DNA of 64,000 nt from an uncultured Gammaproteobacteria bacterium (GCA_964472415.1 CAYYLC010000002.1:164783-228782); one strand, 5' to 3'; counted from the stretch's first letter, positions 39,073-48,903 are shown. The notes: generated by a model not told the origin, from the sequence alone. Numbers and translations are program-made.

Positions 39073-40005
39073 ATGCACGATGATAAAGACATTTTTATGC
39101 TTGTTGATGGAAGCGCAATAGTTCATCGTGCGTATCATGCACTTCCAGCGTTTACGAGAAAAGATGGGGTTGCCACTGGTGCCGTTCATGGATTTTTCCA
39201 GATGATTTTTAAAATGATGGAGCATTTACAACCAAAGCATATCGCGATTGCATTTGACCGCCCTAAGCCTACATTTCGGCAACTGATGTATGCTGGTTAT
39301 CAATCTCAACGTCCGAAAATGGAGTCTGAACTTTCTGAGCAATTTCGAATTATCATAGAGCTTCTTTATGATGCCAATATTCCTACATATGCAGTTGACG
39401 GATATGAGGCGGATGATATTATTGGAACGCTTGCATATAAGGCAAAAGATATTGGCGGGGTTTCATATATCGTAACAGGAGATCGTGATATGCTGCAATT
39501 AGTAACAGAGAAAGTGAAAGTTCTTGCCCCCGTGAAAGGAATCTCAGAAGTCATGCTTTTTGATGCGGATAAAGTGCGGGAAAAATACGGTATTAATCCT
39601 TCACAATTTGTGGATTTGAAAGGGCTTATGGGAGATGCTTCAGATAATTATCCGGGAGTTTTGGGTGTAGGGCCAAAAACTGCGGCCGATCTTATAAATA
39701 CATATGGAGATATTGATGCAATTTATAAAAATCTCGGGGAAATAGCGTTGAAGAAAAAGAAGCTTGCAGAAAAACTTACGAATGGTGCAGAGGATGCAAT
39801 CATGGCGAGGAAGCTTGCAAAGATTTTAACTGATGTTCCGTTTATGTATGATTTTTCTGAGATGGATGTGAAGCGTATTGATGCAGAAAGGCTGCGAGAG
39901 GGATTTGAGAAATATGAGTTTAAAACACTCCCTAAACGACTTGATGAGGTGATAAAAAAATCAGGCGAGTTTGGGAAAGCAAAGATGCAGATGAAGCTCT
40001 TATAA
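39073..40005 (+). CDS. Stand-alone 5'-3' exonuclease/flap endonuclease (PolA N-terminal-like)
   Basis: LVDGSAIVHRAYHA, YEADDIIGT, TGDRD, GDASDNYPGVLGVGPKTA; no polymerase domain. Confidence 0.92.
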   Translation: MHDDKDIFMLVDGSAIVHRAYHALPAFTRKDGVATGAVHGFFQMIFKMMEHLQPKHIAIAFDRPKPTFRQLMYAGYQSQRPKMESELSEQFRIIIELLYDANIPTYAVDGYEADDIIGTLAYKAKDIGGVSYIVTGDRDMLQLVTEKVKVLAPVKGISEVMLFDADKVREKYGINPSQFVDLKGLMGDASDNYPGVLGVGPKTAADLINTYGDIDAIYKNLGEIALKKKKLAEKLTNGAEDAIMARKLAKILTDVPFMYDFSEMDVKRIDAERLREGFEKYEFKTLPKRLDEVIKKSGEFGKAKMQMKLL

Positions 40006-40656
40006 ATGATGGAAGCAGTTATTTTTGATAAAGATGGGGTATTAGTAGATACTGAAGGGATTGTATCCGAAGGAGTAGCGCGTATCGTAAAAAAGCATAG
40101 CACTATTCCCTTTAATATGGATGATGTTGTACGGCTTCGGGGGAGTAGTGCTGCTGCTACATTTGCGTTTTTAAAGGAAAAATATAAGTTATCGTTCTCA
40201 GTTCCGGAAATCCTTGATAAATATCAGATAGAGTATGAGGAAATCATTTCTACAAAAAGCGATATTGTAATGGAGGGGGCAATAGATTTCATAAAAGAAT
40301 TGCAAACACAAAATATTCCGTATGGGATTGGCACGAACTCAAGCAGGGAACGTACGCAGTTGTCTCTCAGAGGCATTGAACAGTATTTTCCCGTTATAGT
40401 TACTGCAGATGATATTTTGCATCCCAAACCAGCACCAGATGTGTTTTTAGCAGTAAGCGATAAGCTCGGAGTTGATATAGAAAAGTGTATTGTTGTAGGT
40501 GATACTAATAATGACGCGCTTGCTGCGCAAAGTGCAGGTGCAAAGTTTGTGTTTTTTGACCACAATTTAGGACTTACGGTTGAGGGAGTGGTAGATTTAA
40601 GAATTGCCTCAATGAAAGAGCTATCTGTAGAGAGATTGCAAAGACTTTTTTCATAA
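40006..40656 (+). CDS. HAD-family phosphatase
   Basis: FDKDGVLVDTE, PKPAPD, VGDTNND. Confidence 0.9.
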   Translation: MMEAVIFDKDGVLVDTEGIVSEGVARIVKKHSTIPFNMDDVVRLRGSSAAATFAFLKEKYKLSFSVPEILDKYQIEYEEIISTKSDIVMEGAIDFIKELQTQNIPYGIGTNSSRERTQLSLRGIEQYFPVIVTADDILHPKPAPDVFLAVSDKLGVDIEKCIVVGDTNNDALAAQSAGAKFVFFDHNLGLTVEGVVDLRIASMKELSVERLQRLFS

Positions 40657-40657
40657 T

Positions 40658-41767
40658 ATGAAGATAGCAATTGTTCATGACTATATAAAAGAGTATGGTG
40701 GGGCAGAAAAAGTTCTTGAAGAATTGCACGCTATTTTTCCCAAGGCACCAATTTATACCAGCGTATATCTTCCGTCATACCTCGGACCACATAGGGATCG
40801 ATTTGAAGAAATGGATATTCGTGCTTCTTTCCTTCAGAAAATCCCTTTTATTGCCAAGCTTATTTCGCCAATACGCCTGATTAGTCCGTGGGTGTTTAAA
40901 AGCTTTAATTTTAATGGATTTGATGTGGTTCTTGTTTCACAAACTGGTGCGTATTTTCCTCATGCATTAAATAAGAAAAATGCCAAGCTTATTTCCTACA
41001 CTCATACGCCCCCGAGATATCTTTATGGATATAAGACTGCCCGAAATATTAGCAAGAATAAAGTTTTTTATCTGCTTGCCCATATCATGAACCACTTTTT
41101 ACGTATTGTAGATTTTAATACCGCGCAAAATGTAGATGTGTTTATCGCAAACTCTGAAGAAGTAAGATCGCGTATTAAAAAATTTTACAGAAGGAGTGCG
41201 CAGGTTATCTATCCACCAGTTGTCGTGAGTAGCCTTACTGCCTCCTCTGTGTCACCTGCTCAGTCCTATTACTTAACAGGGGGAAGATTAGCGAGGGCAA
41301 AGGGGACTGATGTCGTGATTCGCGCATTTAATAAAAATGGAAAAAAATTGAAGATATTTGGGAAAGGGTTTGCAGGATTTGAAGAGGAGCTAAAAGTATT
41401 ATCGAAAAATAATATTGAGTTTGTGGGAGAGGTGAGTAACGAGGAGAAGTTTAGCCTTATGACACACGCACAGGCATTTATATTCTCTTCATTTGATGAG
41501 GATTTTGGGATTACTCCAGTGGAGAGCATGATGCTTGGGACGCCTGTGATTGCATTTAAATCAGGCGGAGTTCAAGAAACAGTGCGAGAAGGAGTCTCTG
41601 GAATATTCTATGAGGAAAATTCTCCAGAAAAATTGAATGAGACAATAGAAAAATTTGAATCTCCTATCTGGCAAAAGAAATTAAGAAAAACGAGTATGCA
41701 GCAGGTAACTCGCAGATTTTCTCTGGAAGAATTTCAAAAAAATATACAACACGCGATAAGGCTGTAG
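40658..41767 (+). CDS. GT4 glycosyltransferase
   Basis: VHDYIKEYGGAEKV, HTPPRYL, EDFGITPVESM. Confidence 0.92.
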   Translation: MKIAIVHDYIKEYGGAEKVLEELHAIFPKAPIYTSVYLPSYLGPHRDRFEEMDIRASFLQKIPFIAKLISPIRLISPWVFKSFNFNGFDVVLVSQTGAYFPHALNKKNAKLISYTHTPPRYLYGYKTARNISKNKVFYLLAHIMNHFLRIVDFNTAQNVDVFIANSEEVRSRIKKFYRRSAQVIYPPVVVSSLTASSVSPAQSYYLTGGRLARAKGTDVVIRAFNKNGKKLKIFGKGFAGFEEELKVLSKNNIEFVGEVSNEEKFSLMTHAQAFIFSSFDEDFGITPVESMMLGTPVIAFKSGGVQETVREGVSGIFYEENSPEKLNETIEKFESPIWQKKLRKTSMQQVTRRFSLEEFQKNIQHAIRL

Positions 41768-41774
41768 TAATATA

Positions 41775-42302
41775 TTATTGTATTTTACATACAGTTATGA
41801 TTTTCCTGAGATTGAAATATAGTGAGAAAAATAGAATCCCAATAGAGAGGATATATAACTCAATTCCACCAAAAGGGAGTAGGGTAATTACTGCAGAAAT
41901 CCCAATAATCGAGGCAAACGAGAGCCCACATGAAGCACAACCCGCTGCTACTAATGAGAGAATTCCTGTTCCGGTAAGTATTCGTATATTGCCGCGCTTT
42001 TTCAGTATGGAAAATTTATTCAAAATAAGGGTTAGATTTATTCCAAATAAAATTCCCATTATAGATACCATTATTAAATCAATTATGCTGATTGCTTGTA
42101 ACGAGCCGAAAAAAATCAATGCAATGATTTTTAGTTTTGCCAAAATCGGATATGAGTTGAATATAAAGGTAAGAAATGATCGGAAATTGATAACTATTAT
42201 GGTGAATGAAATAAAGGAAATTGAAAAGAAGAAAATAAATAAGAGAGACTTTTTGTGTAGTAATTCGTTGGACAAGACACGAAAGAAAAGTTTGAGGTTC
42301 AT
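41775..42302 (-). CDS. Small polytopic membrane protein with CxxC motif
   Basis: About 4 TM segments; GCASCG; TATAAT 6 nt before the ATG. Confidence 0.75.
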   Translation of the reverse strand: MNLKLFFRVLSNELLHKKSLLFIFFFSISFISFTIIVINFRSFLTFIFNSYPILAKLKIIALIFFGSLQAISIIDLIMVSIMGILFGINLTLILNKFSILKKRGNIRILTGTGILSLVAAGCASCGLSFASIIGISAVITLLPFGGIELYILSIGILFFSLYFNLRKIITVCKIQ

Positions 42303-42329
42303 GATGTTATTATAGCGGATGAAAGAAGC

Positions 42330-43079
42330 CTATCCTTCAAGTTCTTGGTCGATGATTGCTTTGAATGAGGCAAACGGCATAGCACCAATTAGTTGCTGAC
42401 CATTAATGTAAAACGTGGGTGTTCCAGAAGCCTGGGCTGCAGCTGCATCAGTTGCGTCTTTATCAACATTTGCAGCGTACTTTTCAGTTTCTAAACAGGT
42501 TCTAAACTGGTCTCCGTTTATGCCTATTTCTGTAGCCCATGTTACAAAGGTGTCAGTTGTTGCGGCAGAGAATTGTGCCTGGCTTTCAAATAATTTATCA
42601 TGGTATTCCCAAAATTTATTCTGTTCATTTGCACATTCTGAAGCAAGTGCTGCGGGACGAGCTTGTGGATGGAAGTCAAGTGGGAGATGTCTATAATAAA
42701 GCTTTGCCTTTCCCGTATCAATGTATTCAGCTACAATCTGATCGTACGAATCATTGTAGAATTGTCCACAAAATGGACACTCAAAATCAGAAAACTCTAC
42801 AATAGTAACGGGAGCGTTTGGGTCACCTTTTACTGGCAAGCTTCCATTTTCTACGTCAACAAAGACCGGTGCAGCTGAGTCTCCAGCGAGAGCAGCTCCT
42901 GCAACCTCTTCAGTTGGAGTGCCAGCTATTTGTGCATTCTCGACTCCTTGCAGACGCCCTAATAGGTATCCAATTGCAAGAAACGAAAGAAGAAGGACGA
43001 TATACATAAACCTCACCATAAGAAGCTGAATCGGACTCGAGAAGATCGATGCGATAGTAGCCTGTTGTGATTTCGCCAT
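42330..43079 (-). CDS. DsbA-family thiol-disulfide oxidoreductase
   Basis: N-terminal TM; EFSDFECPFC; GTPTFYING. Confidence 0.92.
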   Translation of the reverse strand: MAKSQQATIASIFSSPIQLLMVRFMYIVLLLSFLAIGYLLGRLQGVENAQIAGTPTEEVAGAALAGDSAAPVFVDVENGSLPVKGDPNAPVTIVEFSDFECPFCGQFYNDSYDQIVAEYIDTGKAKLYYRHLPLDFHPQARPAALASECANEQNKFWEYHDKLFESQAQFSAATTDTFVTWATEIGINGDQFRTCLETEKYAANVDKDATDAAAAQASGTPTFYINGQQLIGAMPFASFKAIIDQELEG

Positions 43080-43247
43080 CTATACATGAAACCAAAAAAA
43101 CAGAGAAAAGTCAATAGAAATTGAAAAGTTGAATGCGTGCAAGTCTATTGTATAATAGACGAGTGCGAAAGATTTTTTTGCATTCATTGAGGTGTTTTGA
43201 TAGAGTAGAAAGCTTTAAATTAGGGAAATACTGATTTAAATTACGGT

Positions 43248-43967
43248 ATGGGAAATTCAAAAGAAAGAATTATTATGTCTCTCGGGGGGTCACTCGTTTA
43301 TCCCCACGGAGGGGTAGACGTTGAATTTCTTAAACAATTCAATAAATTTATCCGCGAAGAACTGGCGAAGAACCCAAACCGCCAGTTTTTTATTGTCGTT
43401 GGGGGTGGAACGATAGCTCGACATTATAGAGATGCTGGACGAGATGTTTTAGGGCACGAACTTACTCCAGACGATTTAGATTGGTTGGGAATTCATGCAA
43501 CAAAAATGAACGCACACCTTATTAGGACAATTTTTCGAGATATTGCCCATCAGTTCGTTCTGAAGCATTATGAAATTATTCGGAAAGTTACTGAACCGGT
43601 AGTTGTGGGATCTGGATGGAAGCCGGGATGGTCGACAGATTTTTGCGCAACCTTAATGGCAGAAGATTATCGAGTTAATGAGATCATTAATATGAGTAAT
43701 ATTAAGATGGTATATGATAAGGATCCGAAGGAATTCAAAGATGCAAAACCAATCAAGAATATTACGTGGAAGAACTTCCGAAAGATTGTAGGAGATACAT
43801 GGGCACCAGGACTGAATGTTCCATTTGATCCTATTGCGGCAAAGCGCTCAGAAGAGTTAGGGTTGAAAGTGGTAATTTTAGATGGAGAGAATTTAGAAAA
43901 CTTGAGAAATTATATTAATGGAAAAGAATTTATAGGTACGATGATAACACCGGAAAACGAATTATGA
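43248..43967 (+). CDS. pyrH: UMP kinase (archaeal-type)
   Basis: SLGGS, VVGGG, GWKPGWSTD, YDKDP, PFDPIAAK. Confidence 0.92.
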   Translation: MGNSKERIIMSLGGSLVYPHGGVDVEFLKQFNKFIREELAKNPNRQFFIVVGGGTIARHYRDAGRDVLGHELTPDDLDWLGIHATKMNAHLIRTIFRDIAHQFVLKHYEIIRKVTEPVVVGSGWKPGWSTDFCATLMAEDYRVNEIINMSNIKMVYDKDPKEFKDAKPIKNITWKNFRKIVGDTWAPGLNVPFDPIAAKRSEELGLKVVILDGENLENLRNYINGKEFIGTMITPENEL

Positions 43968-44797
43968 GGTCATTTGACCCACAAATATTACAGAGACTGT
44001 ATATCCCCCCCAAAGATGCTCACAAGCCACAAAGTGGTACAGTAATGCTGATCGGTGGTTCTCAACTTTTCCACGCTGCGTCTTTATGGGCACTTTCGGT
44101 TATAAGCAAAATCGTTGATATGGCATTTTATGCATCTGTCGAATCTAATAATGAGATAGTCCAAAAAGCAAAAGAAGAGTTCCGAAATGGAATCGTCGTG
44201 CCTAGAGGTAAAATTGATGATTATATAAAAGATGCGGATGTTGTGTTGATTGGGCCAGGACTGCCTCGCAAGGAAGGTCTTGAGATAGGTGATGATGATA
44301 CTAAAGAGCTTACCGAAAGTCTTCTAAAGAAATATCCTGAAAAGAAATGGGTTATCGACGGTGGGAGTTTGCAGATTATGAATCCGGAACTTCTGTTTGA
44401 TCTCAGAGAAGTACCCATACTCACCCCGCATCTGAAAGAATTTAAAATACTTTTTGGTATAGATGCGACCCCTGATTCTGCTTTGAAAATGGCAAAGAAA
44501 TATAATTGTGTAATAATACTCAAAGGCGAATTTGACGTTGTTTGCTCAAGTGATGGTGGCGTTAAGATAGAAGGGGGGAATAGCGGCATGACGAAAGGTG
44601 GTACGGGAGATGTGCTTGCTGGATTAGTTGCTGCGTTATATTCAAAAAATGATGCGTTTCTTGCGGCGCAGGCGGGGAGCTATATTAACAAAAAAGCAGG
44701 AGAGAGTCTTTTTGAAAAAGTTGGGTATTATTTTAATGCTTCAGATTTAGCTGATGAAATTCCTCGCGCTATGAAGAGGGAGATTTTGGGACGATGA
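43964..44797 (+). CDS. nnrD: ADP/ATP-dependent NAD(P)H-hydrate dehydratase
   Basis: IGGS, IGPGL, LTPHLKEF, KGGTGDVLAG. Confidence 0.9.
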   Translation: MRSFDPQILQRLYIPPKDAHKPQSGTVMLIGGSQLFHAASLWALSVISKIVDMAFYASVESNNEIVQKAKEEFRNGIVVPRGKIDDYIKDADVVLIGPGLPRKEGLEIGDDDTKELTESLLKKYPEKKWVIDGGSLQIMNPELLFDLREVPILTPHLKEFKILFGIDATPDSALKMAKKYNCVIILKGEFDVVCSSDGGVKIEGGNSGMTKGGTGDVLAGLVAALYSKNDAFLAAQAGSYINKKAGESLFEKVGYYFNASDLADEIPRAMKREILGR

Positions 44798-45738
44798 GTA
44801 TAGAAAATAAAGAAGATAATCCTAGTAGAGACTGGTTTACCTTTTATACTAAGGAAAATATTTCTTCAGAAAAGATTGAAGAAATAGATAATATCGTGAT
44901 GAACGGTATGACTTTCCAAATAGCTTCATTCGAAGATATATCCCCACAAATCCAATTACAAACAAAGAGTTCTCTATATGAAATAAGTAAAGATACGTTA
45001 GGAAGTGCTCTTTATAGTAGAGTGGCAACGGAGTATGAAAGATTAAATAATATATTGGAAGGGGAGGATATTTTATTCAGCGGGCAAATTTCAATAGATG
45101 AGCAAAGAAAAATTAACCTATTATCCTTACGGAATGGGAATGATCAAGAGTATGAAGAGATCCTTTCTTCTATACAGCAGATGAAAAATAAATATGGTGA
45201 AAAATTCAGAGCCCCATCGAATATAATTATTACTGCAACTGATGAGAAAAGATTTGATGCTAATTTAGCAAATGGGAGATATTCGTATCCTACGGATTCT
45301 ATTCTCCTTTTTCCTCAAGCATTTAATGGAGAGCATAGAGTGTCTGGTGTTTCTAATTTAACGGGTACTTTATTTCATGAATTTGGTCATTTGTATATTA
45401 ACGGGCATAGCTCATTATCAAATGAGTGGTATGAGTTAGGAGGATGGAAGAGGGATCAGGATGGTGTTCCATACACAAATATGGGAGAGGCGTGTGTCAA
45501 TGATTATGCCCGCACTCTTCCTGAGGAAGATTTTTGTGAATCATTAGTAGCATCAAACGTTAATCCACGATTATTACAGCATGTTTCTTCTGAGAAATAT
45601 AGATTCATAAATAATTTTTTTGGAGATTTTATAGGTGATTCTGAAGGTGTTGAAAAGCCTATCCTTGAATCGTCTGGTGAGCCGATTATTGATCTTCCTA
45701 ACAAGCTTAAGTATATTGTTGCTCAGAGATCTTTATAG
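44794..45738 (+). CDS. Hypothetical protein with zincin-like metallopeptidase motif
   Basis: HEFGH plus downstream YARTLPEEDFCES. Confidence 0.65.
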   Translation: MSIENKEDNPSRDWFTFYTKENISSEKIEEIDNIVMNGMTFQIASFEDISPQIQLQTKSSLYEISKDTLGSALYSRVATEYERLNNILEGEDILFSGQISIDEQRKINLLSLRNGNDQEYEEILSSIQQMKNKYGEKFRAPSNIIITATDEKRFDANLANGRYSYPTDSILLFPQAFNGEHRVSGVSNLTGTLFHEFGHLYINGHSSLSNEWYELGGWKRDQDGVPYTNMGEACVNDYARTLPEEDFCESLVASNVNPRLLQHVSSEKYRFINNFFGDFIGDSEGVEKPILESSGEPIIDLPNKLKYIVAQRSL

Positions 45739-46776
45739 TTCAATAACCGTTACGCCTTTTTTATCCTCAAAGCGCTTGGGGAGAAATTCTTCGTGCGTTG
45801 TAGTAATAATCACTTGGTGATGAGGGAGAAGGTCGAGAACTTTATGAATATTCCCTTCATCAAGTTCTGAGAAAATGTCGTCAAGAAGCAGTATGGGTGT
45901 TTTGCCTGTTTTCTCTATGAGAAAGAGTGTTTCGATAAGTTTTGTTTGAAAAACGGTGAGGCGCTGTTCGCCTCGAGAGCCAAAGTCTTTTACTGATTTT
46001 CCATTTGGAAATTGAAAGATAATATCATCTCTTTGTGGCCCAACGAGCGTTCGAGCTGTGGCAATCTCTTCCTGTTTATATTTATTAAGGCGCTCTCGTG
46101 AGATGGTGCTTTTGTCGTAGTGAATATGCATGTCAAATATTTCCTTGGCGGCGCTATTTACATAATCGATAAACTCTTCTCGAAAGCGAGTGATAATTTG
46201 ACCATTTTCAATAACGAGATTATCCCAGTATTCAAACTCATCAAGTGTGAAAAATTTCTTTCCTTCCCGAGAGAGGTAGAGCATGCGGTTCCGTCGCTTC
46301 AATGCCTTTTCATAGAGAGACACTGCAAGTCGATATTGCTTGTTGGATTGAGATAAAATGGAGTTAATGTATTCGCGTCTAACTGATGGAGAGTTGTTAA
46401 TTATTTCAAGATCCTCCGGTGTGAAAAGTACGGTAAGAAGATTTGAAATAAAGTCGGATTGGCGCCGCGAAACATTATTTACGAGGTATTTTTTTGAGAT
46501 GCGATTATTCTGATTTGCTATTATAATAGCAAGTTTTTTCTCATCATTATTTTCAAATATCCTGCATTCAGCCCGAGCAAATAAATTATGGGTAGTAATA
46601 ACATCAGTATCCTTTTCTGCTTTAAAGCTTTTTCCATGCGAAAGCATGTATAGTGATTCAAGAATCGAAGTTTTGCCGCTCGTATTTTTTCCGATAAAAA
46701 TAGTTACTTGAGAAAATAAAAAAGTGCGTTTCTGGTGATTGCGAAATCCTGAGAGTATGAGAGATTCAATTTTCAT
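45733..46776 (-). CDS. recF: DNA replication and repair protein RecF
   Basis: FRN, GKNTSGKT, GPQRDD, GSRGEQR, LLLDDIFSELD; start at MKIES. Confidence 0.95.
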   Translation of the reverse strand: MKIESLILSGFRNHQKRTFLFSQVTIFIGKNTSGKTSILESLYMLSHGKSFKAEKDTDVITTHNLFARAECRIFENNDEKKLAIIIANQNNRISKKYLVNNVSRRQSDFISNLLTVLFTPEDLEIINNSPSVRREYINSILSQSNKQYRLAVSLYEKALKRRNRMLYLSREGKKFFTLDEFEYWDNLVIENGQIITRFREEFIDYVNSAAKEIFDMHIHYDKSTISRERLNKYKQEEIATARTLVGPQRDDIIFQFPNGKSVKDFGSRGEQRLTVFQTKLIETLFLIEKTGKTPILLLDDIFSELDEGNIHKVLDLLPHHQVIITTTHEEFLPKRFEDKKGVTVIEL

Positions 46777-46873
46777 TATCATATTATACATATTCTTAAT
46801 TCCCGTATTTGGTAAGACGAGAAATTATCCTCTTCAAGGAGAATGTATAGTGAGATTTTTTGGGAAAAAGAGG

Positions 46874-47179
46874 TTATTTTTTAGATTTTGACTTTTTATC
46901 TATCTTCTCTTTTTCTCCCTCAAGGCGGGACAGGAGTCGAGAGAGCTGAAGGGTAATTACGACAGCAAGTGCAGTAACGATTACAGCATATATTGCAAGA
47001 GAGGCAAGTTCTCCAAAGTCAGGGAGCCATACTTTAATGTAGTTTTGTACAAATGCTTGAATAAGTGAGTTCCACGCAAGTGCTGCAACAAGTCCAAATC
47101 CAGCAGTCGCAAGTGTTAGCATTTGCTTTACGATTTCTACATGGAGCTTTTTCCTTTCTTGAGTCGGTGTCATAAACAT
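46874..47179 (-). CDS. Small membrane protein (DUF5654-like)
   Basis: LATAGFGLVAALAWN, YAVIVT; two TM segments. Confidence 0.75.
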   Translation of the reverse strand: MFMTPTQERKKLHVEIVKQMLTLATAGFGLVAALAWNSLIQAFVQNYIKVWLPDFGELASLAIYAVIVTALAVVITLQLSRLLSRLEGEKEKIDKKSKSKK

Positions 47180-47267
47180 ATTTTACATGAGAGCAAGGAA
47201 AAATTCAAAATGAATGATGCTAATTTTGCGATACTTACTATATCCTTTATAATAGCTCAACAAAATC

Positions 47268-48860
47268 ATGAAAGAGAATGATAGAATTATTGGTGAAAAC
47301 TTTCCTTTAAAGGAGTGGAGTGATGAAAGGCCCGAGACAATAATGAGGAATGGGAGAGAGATAAAGCTGTCTCTAATCCCAAAATCAAAAACTACTTGGA
47401 GAGATAGATTGGCGCTTTTTTCTGCAGGTATTGCCCTTTCAACAATTGTAGCAGCAGATTCTCATGTTTCCGACGAGCCGCATGATGTAAATAGTATTAT
47501 TAGCCCTTCTATTATAGCGGATGATTCTGAGAGTGGAGAGGCTATAGGTTCATTCTCTATCGTGCCTATTGCAAATGGTGGCGAGCTGCAGAAAATGGAG
47601 CAATTTCATGAGGAGAGAAGTGAGGATGGGTTAACTGATATTGAGCGACGAGATATGACGCTTGATTCTTACCTTGAACAAAGATCTGCTTTTATAGAAT
47701 ATGCACGATATGAGTTATTCACTGATGGATCCCATGAAGCCTTATCAGAAGTGAAGCAAGAACGATATGAGAGTGTGATATTTGGAATTAATATTCTCCA
47801 AAATTATTTAGGCCGAGCTGATATAGAAATAGACGCAAAGGCTGGAAGTGTGATTATGCCTGGAAGTAGACCGTATAATTTGGGGAGCACTACTGACTTG
47901 GTAATATTAGATCAAATTATTCAATATGAAATAAGGGACTTTAAAGAAAGACCGGCAGAAAGAGGTGAGCGAACTAATGATATCTTATGGTTGGCGAATA
48001 AGAGAGGTCTAGACATTGAGGTAGAGGAAGATGCTCTTGCCTTTTTAAGAAATGATGGAATGCTTAATCTCTCAAGAATTCTTCAAAAGATAGATTTTCT
48101 TGGGTATCCACTCCCGCAGGAAATTGATTATGTTCAGCAATTTGGGCATGGGAATGCTGTCGGTAAATATTTGTCATCTGATGAAAAAATCCTTTTGACG
48201 GGTGATGAAGGTTCTGGGACTTCAGTCCATGAAATAGGTCATCATCAATCTTATGAGAATGAAGATTTTAGTCAGTCAAAATATGATATGACTATAACCG
48301 GAATAGAGGATGAGGTAATGGCACAGGGTATGGTAACTGGCCTTTCAAAGTTTACTGTTGAGTACGGAAAAACTAATAATAAAGAAGATTATGCAACAGT
48401 ATTTGAATGGTATTTTACAAAAGGAAAAGAATTTCGGGACAAAATAAAAACAGAGTTTTTAGCACAGAGCCCAGAATATAAGTTTCTCGTTCGTAAGTAT
48501 GAATTTATGAAGGAGCTTTTTCAAGGAGGAGAGTTTTTGTATGAGGGTAAGGCATTTCATCCAGAGATAGGAGATGTGTTTTCTATAAGTAAGCCAGTGT
48601 CATTGCAAAAGGGGATTATTCTCCGTTCAGCTCCGGATTTTGAGGCAGATCCATTAAGTGGGAAAGATCCTATTGCAGTTATCGTAGATGGAGAGCGAGT
48701 GCGGATCCTGAATGCTTCTGAAGAGATCATAAATCCAGATACAGAGCTTACGACGAAAATGTATTTAATTATGAAGGAGAATGGGCAGACGGGATGGATA
48801 GATGGACTGATTTTGGGAGATTTGCTAGAACAGGCAGGAATAGGACCGCAGTTAAATTGA
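47268..48860 (+). CDS. Putative membrane-anchored zincin metallopeptidase with C-terminal SH3b-like domain
   Basis: Hydrophobic segment at about aa 48-63; HEIGH...YGKTNNKEDYA; C-terminal ILRSAP...GERVRIL...GQTGWI. Confidence 0.6.
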   Translation: MKENDRIIGENFPLKEWSDERPETIMRNGREIKLSLIPKSKTTWRDRLALFSAGIALSTIVAADSHVSDEPHDVNSIISPSIIADDSESGEAIGSFSIVPIANGGELQKMEQFHEERSEDGLTDIERRDMTLDSYLEQRSAFIEYARYELFTDGSHEALSEVKQERYESVIFGINILQNYLGRADIEIDAKAGSVIMPGSRPYNLGSTTDLVILDQIIQYEIRDFKERPAERGERTNDILWLANKRGLDIEVEEDALAFLRNDGMLNLSRILQKIDFLGYPLPQEIDYVQQFGHGNAVGKYLSSDEKILLTGDEGSGTSVHEIGHHQSYENEDFSQSKYDMTITGIEDEVMAQGMVTGLSKFTVEYGKTNNKEDYATVFEWYFTKGKEFRDKIKTEFLAQSPEYKFLVRKYEFMKELFQGGEFLYEGKAFHPEIGDVFSISKPVSLQKGIILRSAPDFEADPLSGKDPIAVIVDGERVRILNASEEIINPDTELTTKMYLIMKENGQTGWIDGLILGDLLEQAGIGPQLN

Positions 48861-48903
48861 CAATTCTCTATTAATCCCGCATAATTAACGCAGTATTCCC
48901 GTA
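48857..48903 (+). promoter_or_regulatory. Sigma70 promoter of fic overlapped by three 11-bp phased direct repeats
   Basis: TTGACA (48857-62), 17 nt, CATAAT (48880-85); repeats TTAATCCCGCA / TAATTAACGCA / GTATTCCCGTA. Confidence 0.6.
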
